A stretch of DNA of 64,000 nt, taken from NCBI GenBank assembly GCA_965649765.1, contig OZ287759.1:48980001-49044000 (forward strand). The letters are read 5' to 3'. This DNA comes from Bispira polyomma. Taxonomy: Eukaryota. The translations under genes were made by a program, and so were the position numbers. The notes under the pieces are model-generated. The model was not told where the DNA came from and made no database searches. It saw only the letters and a program-made list of their open reading frames with translations. How positions within the stretch are numbered: position 1 is the first letter of the stretch; each line of letters begins with the position of its first letter. Shown here piece after piece: positions 37,635 to 50,306 of the stretch.

Positions 37635-38766
37635 AGTCACTGTTAATAAGAATTTGTCTATCTATGTATGAAGGCTTAAATGGTATCATAGCGGATGCTT
37701 GTGCACCAAACTGTGGCAAGTGGGCAGCTTATTACGATACATCCGATCACAAAGTGACTTTCTCACCAGCGTTTTATAAGACACCCATGTTGTCCTCTCT
37801 CTAACTATATATGGTAGGTATCCTAAAATAATGATAAAATTTGCCGTTTTAAATAAACTTGTTATACATGTACTAACTTTGTACCAAATAAAATCCCCAA
37901 TTGTTCTTTTTTTTGATATTGAACCTTAAATTATATTAAACCCCACACTAAGTTTGTTGCATAAATGTTTTTTTTTTTGCTTTTTGAAAATATTGTTATA
38001 AAGAATCCGATTGGGTTTTGAGATAAAGAAAATTCTGACAAATTGCATTCTAAGTAAGTTCAATTCTGTCAAATTGCATTCTAAGAAAGTGTGTGAAATG
38101 TATATTATTATTCTTCTAAGAGTCAATGCCAAGTACAATGTATAGTAGAAATACTTAAATTATTATTCCTAGAATGAATGTAAGTTCTATATAATGTACC
38201 TTACTGTGTCACCAGATGACAATGGCGGGACTAAAGTAAGGAGGCAACTTTACCCCACCGACGTTACCAAGTACAAAATGATTGTCAAACTGTATCCATG
38301 GGCTGACACCAAAATAGGAGCCGCTAGTGTCCACTGGGTGGCATGTGCATGAGAGATCTATGTACAAGCAACACATCACATGAGTGGATAGCTTGGTTCA
38401 ATTCCTTTTTGAAAATAATCATAAACAATTGTTTTCTACTAGTACATATGGAAAATCGATTAAATGACCATGATCTAATATGGTTTAGACAGAGTATTAA
38501 TAAATTTCATTGGTAATATTTTCAGCTGCAAGTAAGATTATTGTTTCAAGTAATTGGTAAATACTTACAATAAGAATTCTTCATTCAAGTAATTATGTAT
38601 TTTTTTATATTTCTTATTTTTTCCACATCCACAATAATATATAACCCAGGACAATGTATGTAAGAGAAATTTGCCCATGTGATCAATCTAAGAAACCCCC
38701 TCATAAGTTTGGATTGTACATTTTGAATGTGCCTTAGGCATCTTCTGCAGTACAGCAAACTAGTTG

Positions 38767-38768
<2 letters not shown>

Positions 38769-38809
<41 letters not shown>
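38769..38809. repeat. (AAT)n microsatellite; the tail of a minus-strand L2 3' remnant (38769-39215)
   Basis: About 13 perfect AAT units. The minus strand upstream reads LSVFKKKLK... Confidence 0.85.
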
Positions 38810-38811
<2 letters not shown>

Positions 38812-41334
38812 TTTAATCACAACTTTGACACCGAGCCCAATGACAACACAAACAACACGCAACCAGAGTAAAACACTACAATATTAAACAGCCCCACCAG
38901 GGTAACAAACTCCAAACTCCAATACTGGTGTGGGTGAGTGGGATTTTGCATAGGTATTGTCCGTTCCTCCACTTTATTGAAACCCCACACGCTTTGTCTG
39001 AATGAACCATGAGTCCTCTTTACTGACTAAGGTGTAGAATCAATTCATATTCATAATCAATTCATAGTCATAATCAATTTATAGCCAAGGTTGTAAGGAA
39101 GGATGTAGGGTTTACAGGGAGGGAACTAAGAGTAAGTGACTTTGAAGAGTTAAGTTTTAGTTTTTTTTTTAAACACAGAAAGTGTTAGTCTAAGAAACAC
39201 TCCTCAAACATTTAGATAAAAAGTATTAATCTCAATCAATAAAAATATATACTTGTACAGTTCACTAAGCCAAGTGTATAAGTGTCATACAGTTATGTAT
39301 TAATTAGTGATTTCAAGAGTATCATAGTTTGTTATAAATATATCATGTGAAATTTAACTCGCCAACAGTGAGCTGATGCAAGTATTTTTCTCTCACCATA
39401 CTTTACAAATAATATATGTATTTTAATTTGTATTCCTATCTAATGTACCATCAATAATACAAAATTTTGTGGCCAAAATTTTTCCCCTTAGTTATTCATA
39501 TTTTGTTTACAACTACTTTTAACATGACCATGAACACTGTTCTGAGAAAAAGCTCTGAATCAAATGTTATTGTGAGAGGGTGATAGAGTGGTATATACTC
39601 CTGTGTATTGTGATTTTATCATTAAAATTAGCTTTCAATCAAAATGTTGATATCTGTGGCTGGGTTGAGGGTGATAAGTAGTATATACGCTTGTGTAATG
39701 TGATACACATGATAAGGAATATGGGACATTTTACAATTTTTGCAGCAAAATAACTTTTCAAATTAGCCACTCAATGAATTATGCCAAATGTGGCAAACAT
39801 ATTAACAAGTTAATTCTTGGCTAAGGATTGTGAATAGAAATGTAGGCACACATGATTTATGACAAATATTGAAAATATGATTTTAGTGAATACCAAACTT
39901 CTTACAGAAGTTGACACAAATATCCAAATCCAGCTTTAGAAAACCTAAATTGCTCATCAAATTATTATTCATCAAATACATAAAAATGTCATCTTTCCTT
40001 AAGTAATGTCTTGACCATTTTTAGGATAAGAATTTAATGAATACCAAAATTCTTATTTATAGAATTATTCTTGAAAATCCTGGGTTATGTAAGAATAATT
40101 CTAAGAGTAAGAAAAGTCAAAGAATAATTAGTTTAGTGAATATAGGCATTTCTATACAATTTTCTTCTCGGTCACTTTGAGTTAATGTCATGTGTATGTC
40201 AACGCCAGAGGTCACAAGGCAGAGTAAAATACATTTCGAAGTAGTCTTTTTAAACTTTTTCATACAAACAGCTGCACATCAATAATTACCATATACTACA
40301 AGATAGACAAAATTTACACAGTTACAGTTACAATCAATGTTGCAATAATTATTGTGTTAATTAATGTAGAAATAAAAAAGTTTATGAAATATGCTGACAA
40401 ATGAAAGTATCAACATTCAAAGTCACAATTCGATGTCACCCAAACAGTCCATCAACACCTTAATTCTCTCTTTAACAAATATGTTTTAAAAAAATTGGGT
40501 GTAAGGCTGGGAATTTGAAACTTGTTGACACAATAATATCTACATAATTGATGACCGACACACAGTGTCTAGGTGGCGTACATGAAAGTGACTGATCTAT
40601 TACATTTAAGTCATGTTTGTGTTCTGACACTAACATGTCACTAATCTGTCACCAACATGAAACAAATGCACAATAATATCACAAATCCTCACTTTTACAG
40701 ACAAATGCCGACAAAGCTATACACAAACTAGTTACTTATGGTCACTAATCCTTACTTTTGGAAACAAAACCACACCTGTCTCAAAGGGTTATGCCATATA
40801 CTGTCATATGACATGAATGATTATGTGTTACAAAAATTGGGAAGTCCCTCAAATTTGCTATGCATGACACAGCCGTGACAATAGCTATGATAATTTTGGA
40901 GCAGCGAAGCTAATTCTCACCCTTCATCTCAGGCAGTTGTTTTACTCCCAAGAGAACAAATTATTCGGGGTGTTATATTCTACCATGACAATCTTGTGTC
41001 TCCGACTCTGATCGATGTAAAAGTATGGTAAAATAAAGGACTGCATGGATAAACAGAATTTTTTTCCCTTTCAATATGTTAAGTTACGTAGTTTCCCTTG
41101 TAACAATAACTTGAACTTTAAAAACAGCAATAATTAAGATATATATTTATTCTGCCATGTTAGAATCGAATTAACCCATTTCAAAACGGATTATACAGGG
41201 AATTGCTGCACCTTCATCCTATGCCTCCAATCGTGATAAAGTTCCCTTGTATATCCATGATTTGTCACAAGTTGTCCCTTGAGTAAAGGGTAATCCATAC
41301 AATAACCTGCACACATCACGGAACTGGTCCCCAG

Positions 41335-43330
41335 TTACTACATAGAATTCCGGCTAATTTTTAAAAAATTTTGGAAAGACTTACATGTATGGTTACTAAA
41401 GACCTTAAACAGAAGTTTTGAGAAGAGCATTCTCTCTATATCCTTGAGACAATATAGAATAACTTGCCTCTTGAAAAAGGGCAATCCAGAGATGAAATAT
41501 AATAATCAGCCACAATTGCAAACAGAACAAAACCTTTTCTGGATATCTTGATTGATAAGTCACAAAATAGATTTGTGTTTGGGAAATATATTGGTGATAG
41601 TACTAGACTAGTGTATGATATTATGCATTATACAAATATAGCCAATCTTCCAATGCTTCTGATGTTAATTGACTTTAAAAAAGCTGTTGACACAGTTTCA
41701 TGCAGCTTCATGTATAAAACTTATTTGGGCTTTGGCAAAAGTTTATTGAGATGGACAAAACCTTTTTAATACTGATATAAAAGCAACTGTAATACAGAGT
41801 GGTTTTCTATCTGATTATATAAATATTGAACATGGATGTAGGGGACTCAATTTCACCCTATCTCTATATACTTGTAGGACAGATCATGTCTGTTTTAATA
41901 TCACAATCTTCCAATATTAAGGGAATAAATATTAAAGGTCATGAATTTAAAATTACTCAATATACTGATGATACAACCTTATTTTTTGATGATTCATGTT
42001 TATCTTTATGTTAACAGTCTGCTCTTAATATACTGGAAATATTTGTTTCTATTTCTGGTTTGCAGGTCAACAAGGATAAAACTAAAGTTATCAGGATCTG
42101 AAAGAAAACGTACTGTAAGGACAAATTACAAGATAGTGGTTTACACTGGGGCTGTTCAGAATATGATCTCTTAGGGCTGACCTTCTTATTGGATTTAGAT
42201 AGAATGTTGGAATCAATTTTAACAACTAAGATGGTAGAAATAGAAAAACGTGTTGACAAATGGAGCAAGAGAAGTGTAACTCCACTAGGCAAGACTACAA
42301 TTGTGAAGACATTTCTGTTGGCCAAATTAAATCATCTCTTTCAGTGTCTACCTAACCCTGGGGGTTTGTGGATAAAAGAATTAAATGACATATTATTCAA
42401 ATTTATATGGTCCAAAAACAGATAAAATAAACCGGAACACTCTGTTGTTGGATAAGTATATAGGAAAACTAAATTAACATTGAATTATTTATAAAATCTC
42501 TAAAAACAACTTAGTTGAGAAGAATCCTTGAACAGAAAGAAAGTCATTGAATAAATTATTTCAAATTACTCTATTTTCTCCCCTAGATAAAATTACAACT
42601 CCTGGACTCTCATTTTATTGAAAAGAAAGACTGGGAAAATACCTTTGATGCATGGTATAAAGTACTGAATAGTGGTCAATCAATTGTCAACAACATAAAA
42701 TTTTTAACTACCCCTATATGGTATAACAATAACATTTCACCCCTATTTACACCAGACTGGCATTCTTGGGGGTATTGACAGTTTCGGATGTATTGAACAA
42801 TACAGGTTCCTTCATGAGTATTGACCACTTACAGACCATATATTCTATAAATAATTTAAATTATCTGAGATACCTATGTGTAAAGATAAATTTAGCAAGG
42901 ATGAAAATTACAACCTAACTAGACCTTTTAGTCTGAATCATGTTGCTATTCTTTTCAAATCTAGGACATGCAAGATATTTTTATAAATGTCTAAACTCAA
43001 AACAAAAAAAAAATACACTCTGAAGCAAAAACGGAATAATGACTTGATTGTAATTATAAATGAACCAATGTGGAAGAATACCTTTAATAACTGGTTTAAC
43101 AATGTCTGTAATGATGGTTTGATTTGGTTTCAGCTGAAAATATTATACAGAATTCTAGGAACTAAATAATATTTTCACAGAGTTGAGCTATCTGATAATG
43201 CTTTCTGTGAGAGATGTAAAGATCAAGTTGAAAATTTAATGCATAATGTTTATTGAATGTGAGCAGGTTAAAGTTCTTTGGTTTACATTATAAATTATAT
43301 ATTTGAAAAAATTAAACTTAAGATATGTAA
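41335..43330 (+). mobile_element. Tx1/L1 ORF2 (RT to zinc finger), decayed
   Basis: GKYIGDSTRLVYDIM, LIDFKKAVDTV, GDSISPYLYIL, QYTDDTTLF, KWSKRSVTPLGKTTIVKTF, TPIWYNNNI, WFQLKILYRILGT, CERCKDQVE. Confidence 0.9.
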
Positions 43331-43423
43331 ATATGTATCTATATATGTTATTGCTACTGTAAACATACATGTAAATTAAGATTTGTATGTACAGATATGG
43401 GAGAGTATAGAAGCCTATACAGG

Positions 43424-43575
43424 AAATTATGAGCTAGCATTATGTTGAAATTACAAGATAACCGTATGTTGAAATTACGAGAAAGCACTGTTTAAATTAC
43501 GAGATAACGCTATGTTGAAATGACAAGATAAAGCTATGTTAAAATTATGAGATATATCTCGTAATTACGAGAAAA
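43424..43575. repeat. ~24-bp minisatellite ending in a palindrome
   Basis: About 5 copies of GCTATGTTGAAATTACGAGATAA, followed by TCTCGTAATTACGAGA. Confidence 0.8.
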
Positions 43576-43859
43576 ATTATTTTTGGTATGACCTGTATCG
43601 GCTTTTGTAGGAAAGTTATAAATAAATAAATTAAAAAAAGTGAAAAAAAATCTGATGCACTGAGAGCAAACATATTATCAAAATCAAGACACATTGCAGT
43701 TATGTAACCTATAATGATTCTACATATAGATATATATATATTTAAATACCTTTGCAATTTTTTAGGTAGATTAGGAAATAAACATTGTGTACACTCTGTT
43801 TAGATTTATAAGTTGATGTCAATATTTTTAAAAATAATATCAATAATATTATCAGTATT

Positions 43860-44060
43860 TAATGTGCCAATATCTATCTAAAGATAATCACTGACACTAC
43901 AACATATTAGATTGCACCTTTGTAAGCTTCATTGAACAAAACCTTTTTAATAGCACATTTAAAACTTGAAAGTTCTTCAATCATCCTGGTGTCAATTGGT
44001 AAACTCTTCCATAACTTAGGAGCACTGTATGAAAATGATCGATCCCCAATTGTGTTGTGG
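43860..44060 (-). mobile_element. L2/CR1 3' fragment
   Basis: GDRSFSYSAPKLWKSLP...FKCAIK on the minus strand. Confidence 0.6.
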
Positions 44061-44297
44061 TAATCACTACTTGATCATGAAGGAATATACATGTTTTTAC
44101 TTCAACTTTTAAAGCACCACAATCGATGTCCAGGAATTCATCTTATATGGCACACATCCCAATCAATAAGCAAAAGAAAAATCTGTTAGCCGTAACCAAC
44201 AGGCGAATGTTTAAAGCTAAGGAAAAAGTGTTTTATATACAATGGACTCTAGTTTTAGTATTTATCTTATTAATATGTGATTAGTACTAAGAAACTA

Positions 44298-45144
44298 ACA
44301 CTGCCCCTCTCAGATTAATTATCGGCAAATACACAGGTATTAAGTTTCATTTTTATGCAGATGATACCCAAATGTATGTGCACCCATCCCATAAGAGCAC
44401 ATCTACTGCCTTTAAACAGTTGAACAGGTGCCCTGACGATGTGAAAGAGTGGATGTCGGGCGATTTCTCACTTATGATGCTTCTATACTTGTGGCCAACG
44501 CTTTTGTCAGTAGTAGACTAGATTACTGCCATTCGTTTTTCAGGAGTCTCTTAAAGTTTAATTTACGTAAATTACAATGCATTCAAAATAGTGCAGCTAG
44601 AATTGTGTCAAACACCAGTCGATACACCAGTATAACTCCTGTTCTTAAGAAATTGCATTGGCTCCCTGTTGAACAGCATTCAGTGCTTAAGACAGCTACA
44701 CTTGTTTATTAGTTTCTTCAGACTGGGTTTCCAAAGTATTTTGCCCCATATCTTTGCACTTACAGTAGTTCCTACAATACCAGACGTTGTCAGAGTGGTA
44801 GTAATTTCCTTGTCGTTCCGAAGTTCCACCCATCTACTCAAAAGTCGGTTAAACAGTTTGGTCACAGCTTTGCTTTTGATGCTCCCATTGTTTGGAATGC
44901 TCTTCCTGATATGATTCGTGCTTCCCCCTCACTAGCCTTTTTTAGAAAGCAGCTTAAAACCCACTTGTACACTAAAGCATACTCACCTTAGTCTCAATCA
45001 TCCCCCAACCCGCTCTGTGGTGCTGACCCTTTTCTGTCCCTTGATATTGGAAATTGGATTACTGTCTTTTGTGCTGTTGCGCCTTAGAGTCTCCTTCGTT
45101 AGGGGGAGATTAAGCGTGATAAAAGTATAATTACAATTACAATT
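44298..45144 (+). mobile_element. L2 LINE 3' part, same subfamily as 27772-29277, with an internal deletion
   Basis: Near-identical to 28208-29277 except that 28369-28602 is missing at 44457; (ATTACA)n tail. Confidence 0.95.
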
Positions 45145-45379
45145 GTATCATCAACAATTGTTATATATAAATTTCTACTTTGTATTACTTATGCAATTTA
45201 ATGGGACAATTTTTCAGAAATATGGATAAAACGTCAATATGGTAAACAATAATTTTTTTTAAAAAAATAGACTGGCAAATTACATTACAAAAATGAAAGT
45301 AAAAAAGTAGTTCTTGCGTATAAGGAAGTGGATAGAAATGAAATGTTAACAGTAGTAGTACAGTAGTCTAGACGGCTGC

Positions 45380-46255
45380 TAGGAGACAGCTGCAAGGGAG
45401 TCAGTCAGTAATGGCAGTATCCAGTGACAAATGATTTCTAATTTGTGAGGAGAGGAATTCAGCATGTAGATCAAGATTTTTGTGGGTATTATGAGGGTTG
45501 AGTGAGAGATAGATTCAACTATCGTCAGCTTACATATGGTGTTTAACATTGTGACTATCGATGATTGTACTAAGGGTGTGTGTGTGTAAAGTGTAAAAAG
45601 AAGAGGCACTAGGACTGACAGCTGGGGTACCCCAAAAGGTAGATTGAAGGAGGATAAAAGTGATAATCCAGTTTGATCTTTTGGGTTCTGAGTGCGAGAT
45701 TGTATTGTATTGTATTGTATTGTACATTTTTAACGCACCTTATTGATGCTAGGCATCTTCTTAGGCGCAACATCAGAATAAATCAGCCAATAGAAAAATG
45801 AAAAAACATAGCCAGGTCGTAAGGATGGATGCGTCAGCGCCCAGGAAGAGGACTACGATAGGATAGGATCTAATCCAGTCAAAGACAGCGCAATTTAGTC
45901 CAAACCAGTTTTAAGGTGTCTAAAAGTAGACCATGGTCAATGGTATCAAAAGTTGCCATCAGATCTAAAACGGTGAGGGCTACAGTTTCACCCAAATCCA
46001 AAGTAAGGTTTATGTCATCACTGATGGAAAGAAGGGAACTTTTGGTGTGAAACTTTCGAGTGAAACTTTCTGTAGGCAGACTGGTGGGAGTTTGCAAGTT
46101 TATGTTTCTTAAGGTGGTCATAGATTTGTTTTGCAACAGCTTTCTCAATGAGCTTAGAAACAAAGCTGAGCTGAGCTGAGGGTTTTACAAGCCCTGATTT
46201 TTTCAGTAGGGACAACATAAGCGGTCTTCCAACATGAGGGGGAAATACTGTCACA
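45380..46255 (-). mobile_element. Decayed L2 RT fragments with a nested L2 3' end and (ATACA)n tail
   Basis: LSFVSKLIEK, HQSAYRKFHS, VLDLMATFDTIDH, GVPQ.SVL.PLLFTLYT; (ATTGT)n at 45699-45724. Confidence 0.75.
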
Positions 46256-47718
46256 AAGTAAAAAGTTAAAGATTTTTGTAATAGGGATTATGAGAATGTG
46301 AAGTCATTCAGAGAACACTATAATCAATGATTTGTGTTTGAGCACTTTACCTAATTACTAAATAATATTTTAAATTCTATCTACTGTAGCGGGTAGGCTG
46401 ATTATTGGCTCAAAATCGGTGTATCTGTTGTCTTTTCGAGGTAATCACCATTTTATGAAAACTGTGAGAATTTAAGATGGCCACCGTCAGTATTGGCTGA
46501 TGTTTACCTCCCTTGTACCTGAACAGTTTTAAATTGCTCTATATAATTTCTGAGATTGCTATTTTATCAAAATACAATAACTCAAGATGGCCGCCAAAGT
46601 TTTAATATTAGTTTGTATTACACCCCCTTTACACTGGTGGGTTTAATATTGGATTGAAATTGATCTATATGTGTCCATTTCCGAGTTATTTACCATTTTA
46701 TGAAAATCATGACAATTCGAAATGGCCACTAATATTTTTTATAATTTTCAATATTGACACGTACTCTACCTTTTTCATTATAGCGGGTCGAGATTTTCAC
46801 CAGTTTATAAAAATCCTGAAAATTGAGTCATGTGACCTTAATTTTCAATAATTTTACTTGAAATTCATCGAAAGATTTCCTTCTTTTCCAAAGCAACCAC
46901 CATATCAAATTTGGTAATTTTAGTTCAATAGTTTGGGTGTAAATTACCATAGACTATTTTTGAAAAAATCTATCTTGTTTTCATGAATTCTATAAACATG
47001 ATGAAGACTCACTCAAAGTGTGATGATTGTTTGATACAGTTTTATTATAAAATAAAACAGACACGGCACTATCTGAAATACCCTTTTGGCCAGGCGCAAC
47101 AGAGTCTGTAACTGACAAATCATTGGGTGTTTTTGGGAAATAGATATTTGGAGTCACTGATGCCTTATTTCAGGATATAGCTGAGTCAATTTGACGCAAA
47201 TTCCAGTTTTTATATCACATTGATAATTTTGAAAATTTAATGCATTTGTAAGAACAAATATTACATTTCTATGTGTAATAAATCTATCATGACATATTGT
47301 TTTTATTATCTAAATTGAAAACAGTATAATAAAGTTATTTTCAAGTGAGTTTTCTGGAATACATTTTTTTCCAATCATTGTTTTGTATTAAATAGTACAC
47401 ACCTTTTGCATATAATGTGTAGTTTATAAATCCTCACCAATACACCACAAGCAAGCCAGGGGTGGATAATATTAACACACCTAGATTTTTTTTCTGTAGG
47501 CAGTGGTGGGCCATGTGTCATGCTCAGCAGAAGTTTAATTTCACTGAGATGAGGCCAGAGTAGATGATTCCTTTAACTTGGCAGTAAATTGTAGCAGTTT
47601 ACTGTAGTGCAATTACTAAGAAATAACATAGATGATAAGTAGACTGGTTGCTCCCCACGGACAGTAATCTTTTAACAAATAACAACATTTTAGCACATAT
47701 TAGATTGAATAAAATTGC

Positions 47719-48150
47719 CTAAGATGTCTTAATACTGGATTTGCATTTAATCACACAGCATCTGCACCAAGTAACCTCTCTCTCTCTCTCTGATGTCACA
47801 CCATTACATGTACTCTCGAACACTGGTTCTCGACATTCTTGTTCTGCTACTGGGAGGCTCTTGTCTTTGATAGAAATCTCATATTCTGTTGCAGTTGCCA
47901 GATTTGTTAATAGTTTTGAACAATGTCCCTTTTCTCTGATGTCCACCGATTTCCATGAATGGCCATGGTGCCTGTATCTTATTTTGTAGAAAGCATACTC
48001 TCCAGAAGCTTCTGCCCAGTGGACCTTTATAGCTGTGGTGGATACAGCAATGGCAGTGTACTGGAATCTACGTGTCACAAAGGCATACATCTCAAATAGG
48101 AAGTGGCCAAGGCATTCTGGGATGCAACAGCAGGAGAATAAACAGCCCAT
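47719..48150 (-). CDS. Small (143 aa) single fibronectin type-III domain protein with an N-terminal acylation motif and a Cys-rich C-terminus
   Basis: Intact ORF preceded by acceptor TTTCCAG (exon starts at 48170) and AAAGC-ATG-G context. MGCLFSCCC; FN3 pattern STTAIKVHW...YKIRYR....W...LTNLATATEYEISI; WCRCC. Confidence 0.7.
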   Translation of the reverse strand: MGCLFSCCCIPECLGHFLFEMYAFVTRRFQYTAIAVSTTAIKVHWAEASGEYAFYKIRYRHHGHSWKSVDIREKGHCSKLLTNLATATEYEISIKDKSLPVAEQECREPVFESTCNGVTSEREREVTWCRCCVIKCKSSIKTS

Positions 48151-50275
48151 GCTTTAGTTTGGTTTGTTTTCTGGAAATATAAAGGTCATTGTTTTGTTTC
48201 AGTTGTAACATTACGGCATATGATTTTACTGAGTAAGAATTTGTAATGTGATTGCTGTTTCCGAAACAGTATTGGTTCAGTAATATTTTCACTATTTCAG
48301 TCTGATATACAAAACAACTAAAACAAAGCATCAAGTAATCAAATTGAAAAATATGCAGCATGGGGACGGGGCCCTTAACTTGACGGGAAGTTCACTTGTT
48401 AGAGAAATTAGAGCTGGGTAGTTGGAAGGGTTTCAAACCAGCAGCAAAAACTGAGTCTACTGCCAACGTTCTCACAAGATTCAAACTCACGACTGCAGAG
48501 GTGACAGATGAGTGTGGTTCTACACACCACCGAGGGCCCTAATAGGTGGGGAGGATGATGATCACAATAAATGAGAATTTTTACACAATACAACTAAATT
48601 GTTCACATCAAGATAAAATGTTTGTAAGCCATAACGGTCAATGGCCCCTTCCCACACAGGTGAATTGGCATGGAAAAACAGGGACATAAAATGTAGTGTA
48701 GTAACAATGGGTTCTCCCCATTGTCCTTTTGGTATTTCGTAAATTCCTCTTAGTGTCTCTTTGTAGTGTTGAAGTCATCACCCCCGCTCAAGTGGTCATT
48801 GTCACCTTTGAAGTGGCACTTAGGAAACAATTACCTTACTGCTTTATCTTCGTCTGCTTTTGAAGTCACCAGCCATCACTTTAATCGGGTGTAATTGTCG
48901 TTATATGTCTTCTATTGTTACCAAACCAAATAAAGTGGGCAACAGTAATGTGGACGTTAGTTGACAGCTGTCTCATTTATGTCCCTTGTTATACTGTCTC
49001 AATGGTGCCGTTAGAAAGCTTCTTTGCCGCCTATATGGGACGCCAGCTTAACTATATGTCTGCTGTTTTATTCTGTGTGTTATTGTAGATTATTTAGTGC
49101 AAAACATGTATAATTCCAAAAGGACATACAGATATTACTGATAAACTGTAGCTCTGTGCATGATATGAGGTATAAAACATTATGTTCATGTGTCAACATG
49201 ATATGAAAACCCCATGTATGTGTTCTAGAAGTTATCTAAACACACAGGCATGTATCCAGGAGAAAAACACACTTGCACTAGTGGTAGCAGACCAATTATC
49301 GCCAGGGTACCATTTGATGACCACCCTGATTGAAACAGTGGGCATATATATTTGTATTAAATATCTATCTCAAACAGATAGTTTGCTCCATTGTTGTTAA
49401 AACAATATTTTTGTTATCCTTTAGGAGGCAGGCGTTATTTGGTATGCCACAACTAATGATTGTTTGACAGAGCACAATTATCATGATACTTTAGAAACAT
49501 TGTTTTATAATTTAATTCTACATGTAAAAGCGTTTTATACATCTAACATACCAAGTGCTGCTATATATCCACTATATCCACAACCAAGGTAGAAAAGTAA
49601 AATATATGAAATGTGCACATAACACATAACAAATTAAAGTGTGCACGTTGAACATCACAAGTATGTCTAACCTTTTCTGGCCTCTATTTATTGATCGTAA
49701 GATCATACTATTTTTGGGGAGACTGCAGTCACTGGTCTCTCACTAATGTGGGTTTAAATCCTGTTGGTTCCTTCATGTGGAAAAGTTGGTGAGCTAATTG
49801 CTGTAAGGTGGTGTTTGTTTCCACTACACTGGCAGAATATTGGGCCTTAATGACCTGGTCACACCTACACGTGTTAAAGCCCCCCAACGTAGCAAAGCAA
49901 TATAAACTGACAACGTGGTAGTTTCGTGTCAAAGTGGCGTCATTTCCATAAAGGGGTAGTTGATTGTGACGTTTTTGTAACCTTTCAAGACGTTTCGTCA
50001 TGATGTCGGTACTTATACACACGGAGCGGGGGCGAAAAACGGACCCTTTACTGGTAGGATATCACTACCAACTACTACATAGAGCTACTGTACTGCTACT
50101 CACTCATGCGTTCTGGTTCGTTCTGCTACCTAGTAAAACGAATACAACGAGTGGAGACAATATCACTACTTACTGGGACTTCCTCGCTACCCACTACTAC
50201 GTAGAGCTACTTACTGATACGTCTATGCTACTTTCGGAAACGTTCGGGGACGAACAGTGAAACGGGAGCTCTGAC

Positions 50276-50306
50276 ACGATTGTTTCAAACTGTTTGAAAC
50301 AATCGT
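50276..50306. repeat. Perfect 15-bp inverted repeat in a CpG-rich patch
   Basis: ACGATTGTTTCAAAC-T-GTTTGAAACAATCGT. Confidence 0.9.

Larger units (their letters stand above)
31147..38352 (+). pseudogene. H-type lectin gene (Helix pomatia agglutinin/discoidin C-terminal fold), 4 exons found, 1-bp frameshift in exon 3; first exon not located
   Basis: Exons 31147-31236, 32105-32173, 37674-37813 and 38216-38352, all phase 1. They give ...TVRRCLNG...HKVTFSPAFYKTP[fs]HVVLSLTIYDDNGGTKVRRQLYPTDVTKYKMIVKLYPWADTKIGAASVHWVACA*. Confidence 0.8.

Noticed and set aside
46370-46940. Possible DNA transposon remnant (AAGATGGCC(G/A)CC motifs)
   Set aside because: No termini or TSD could be defined, so it is not reported as a feature.
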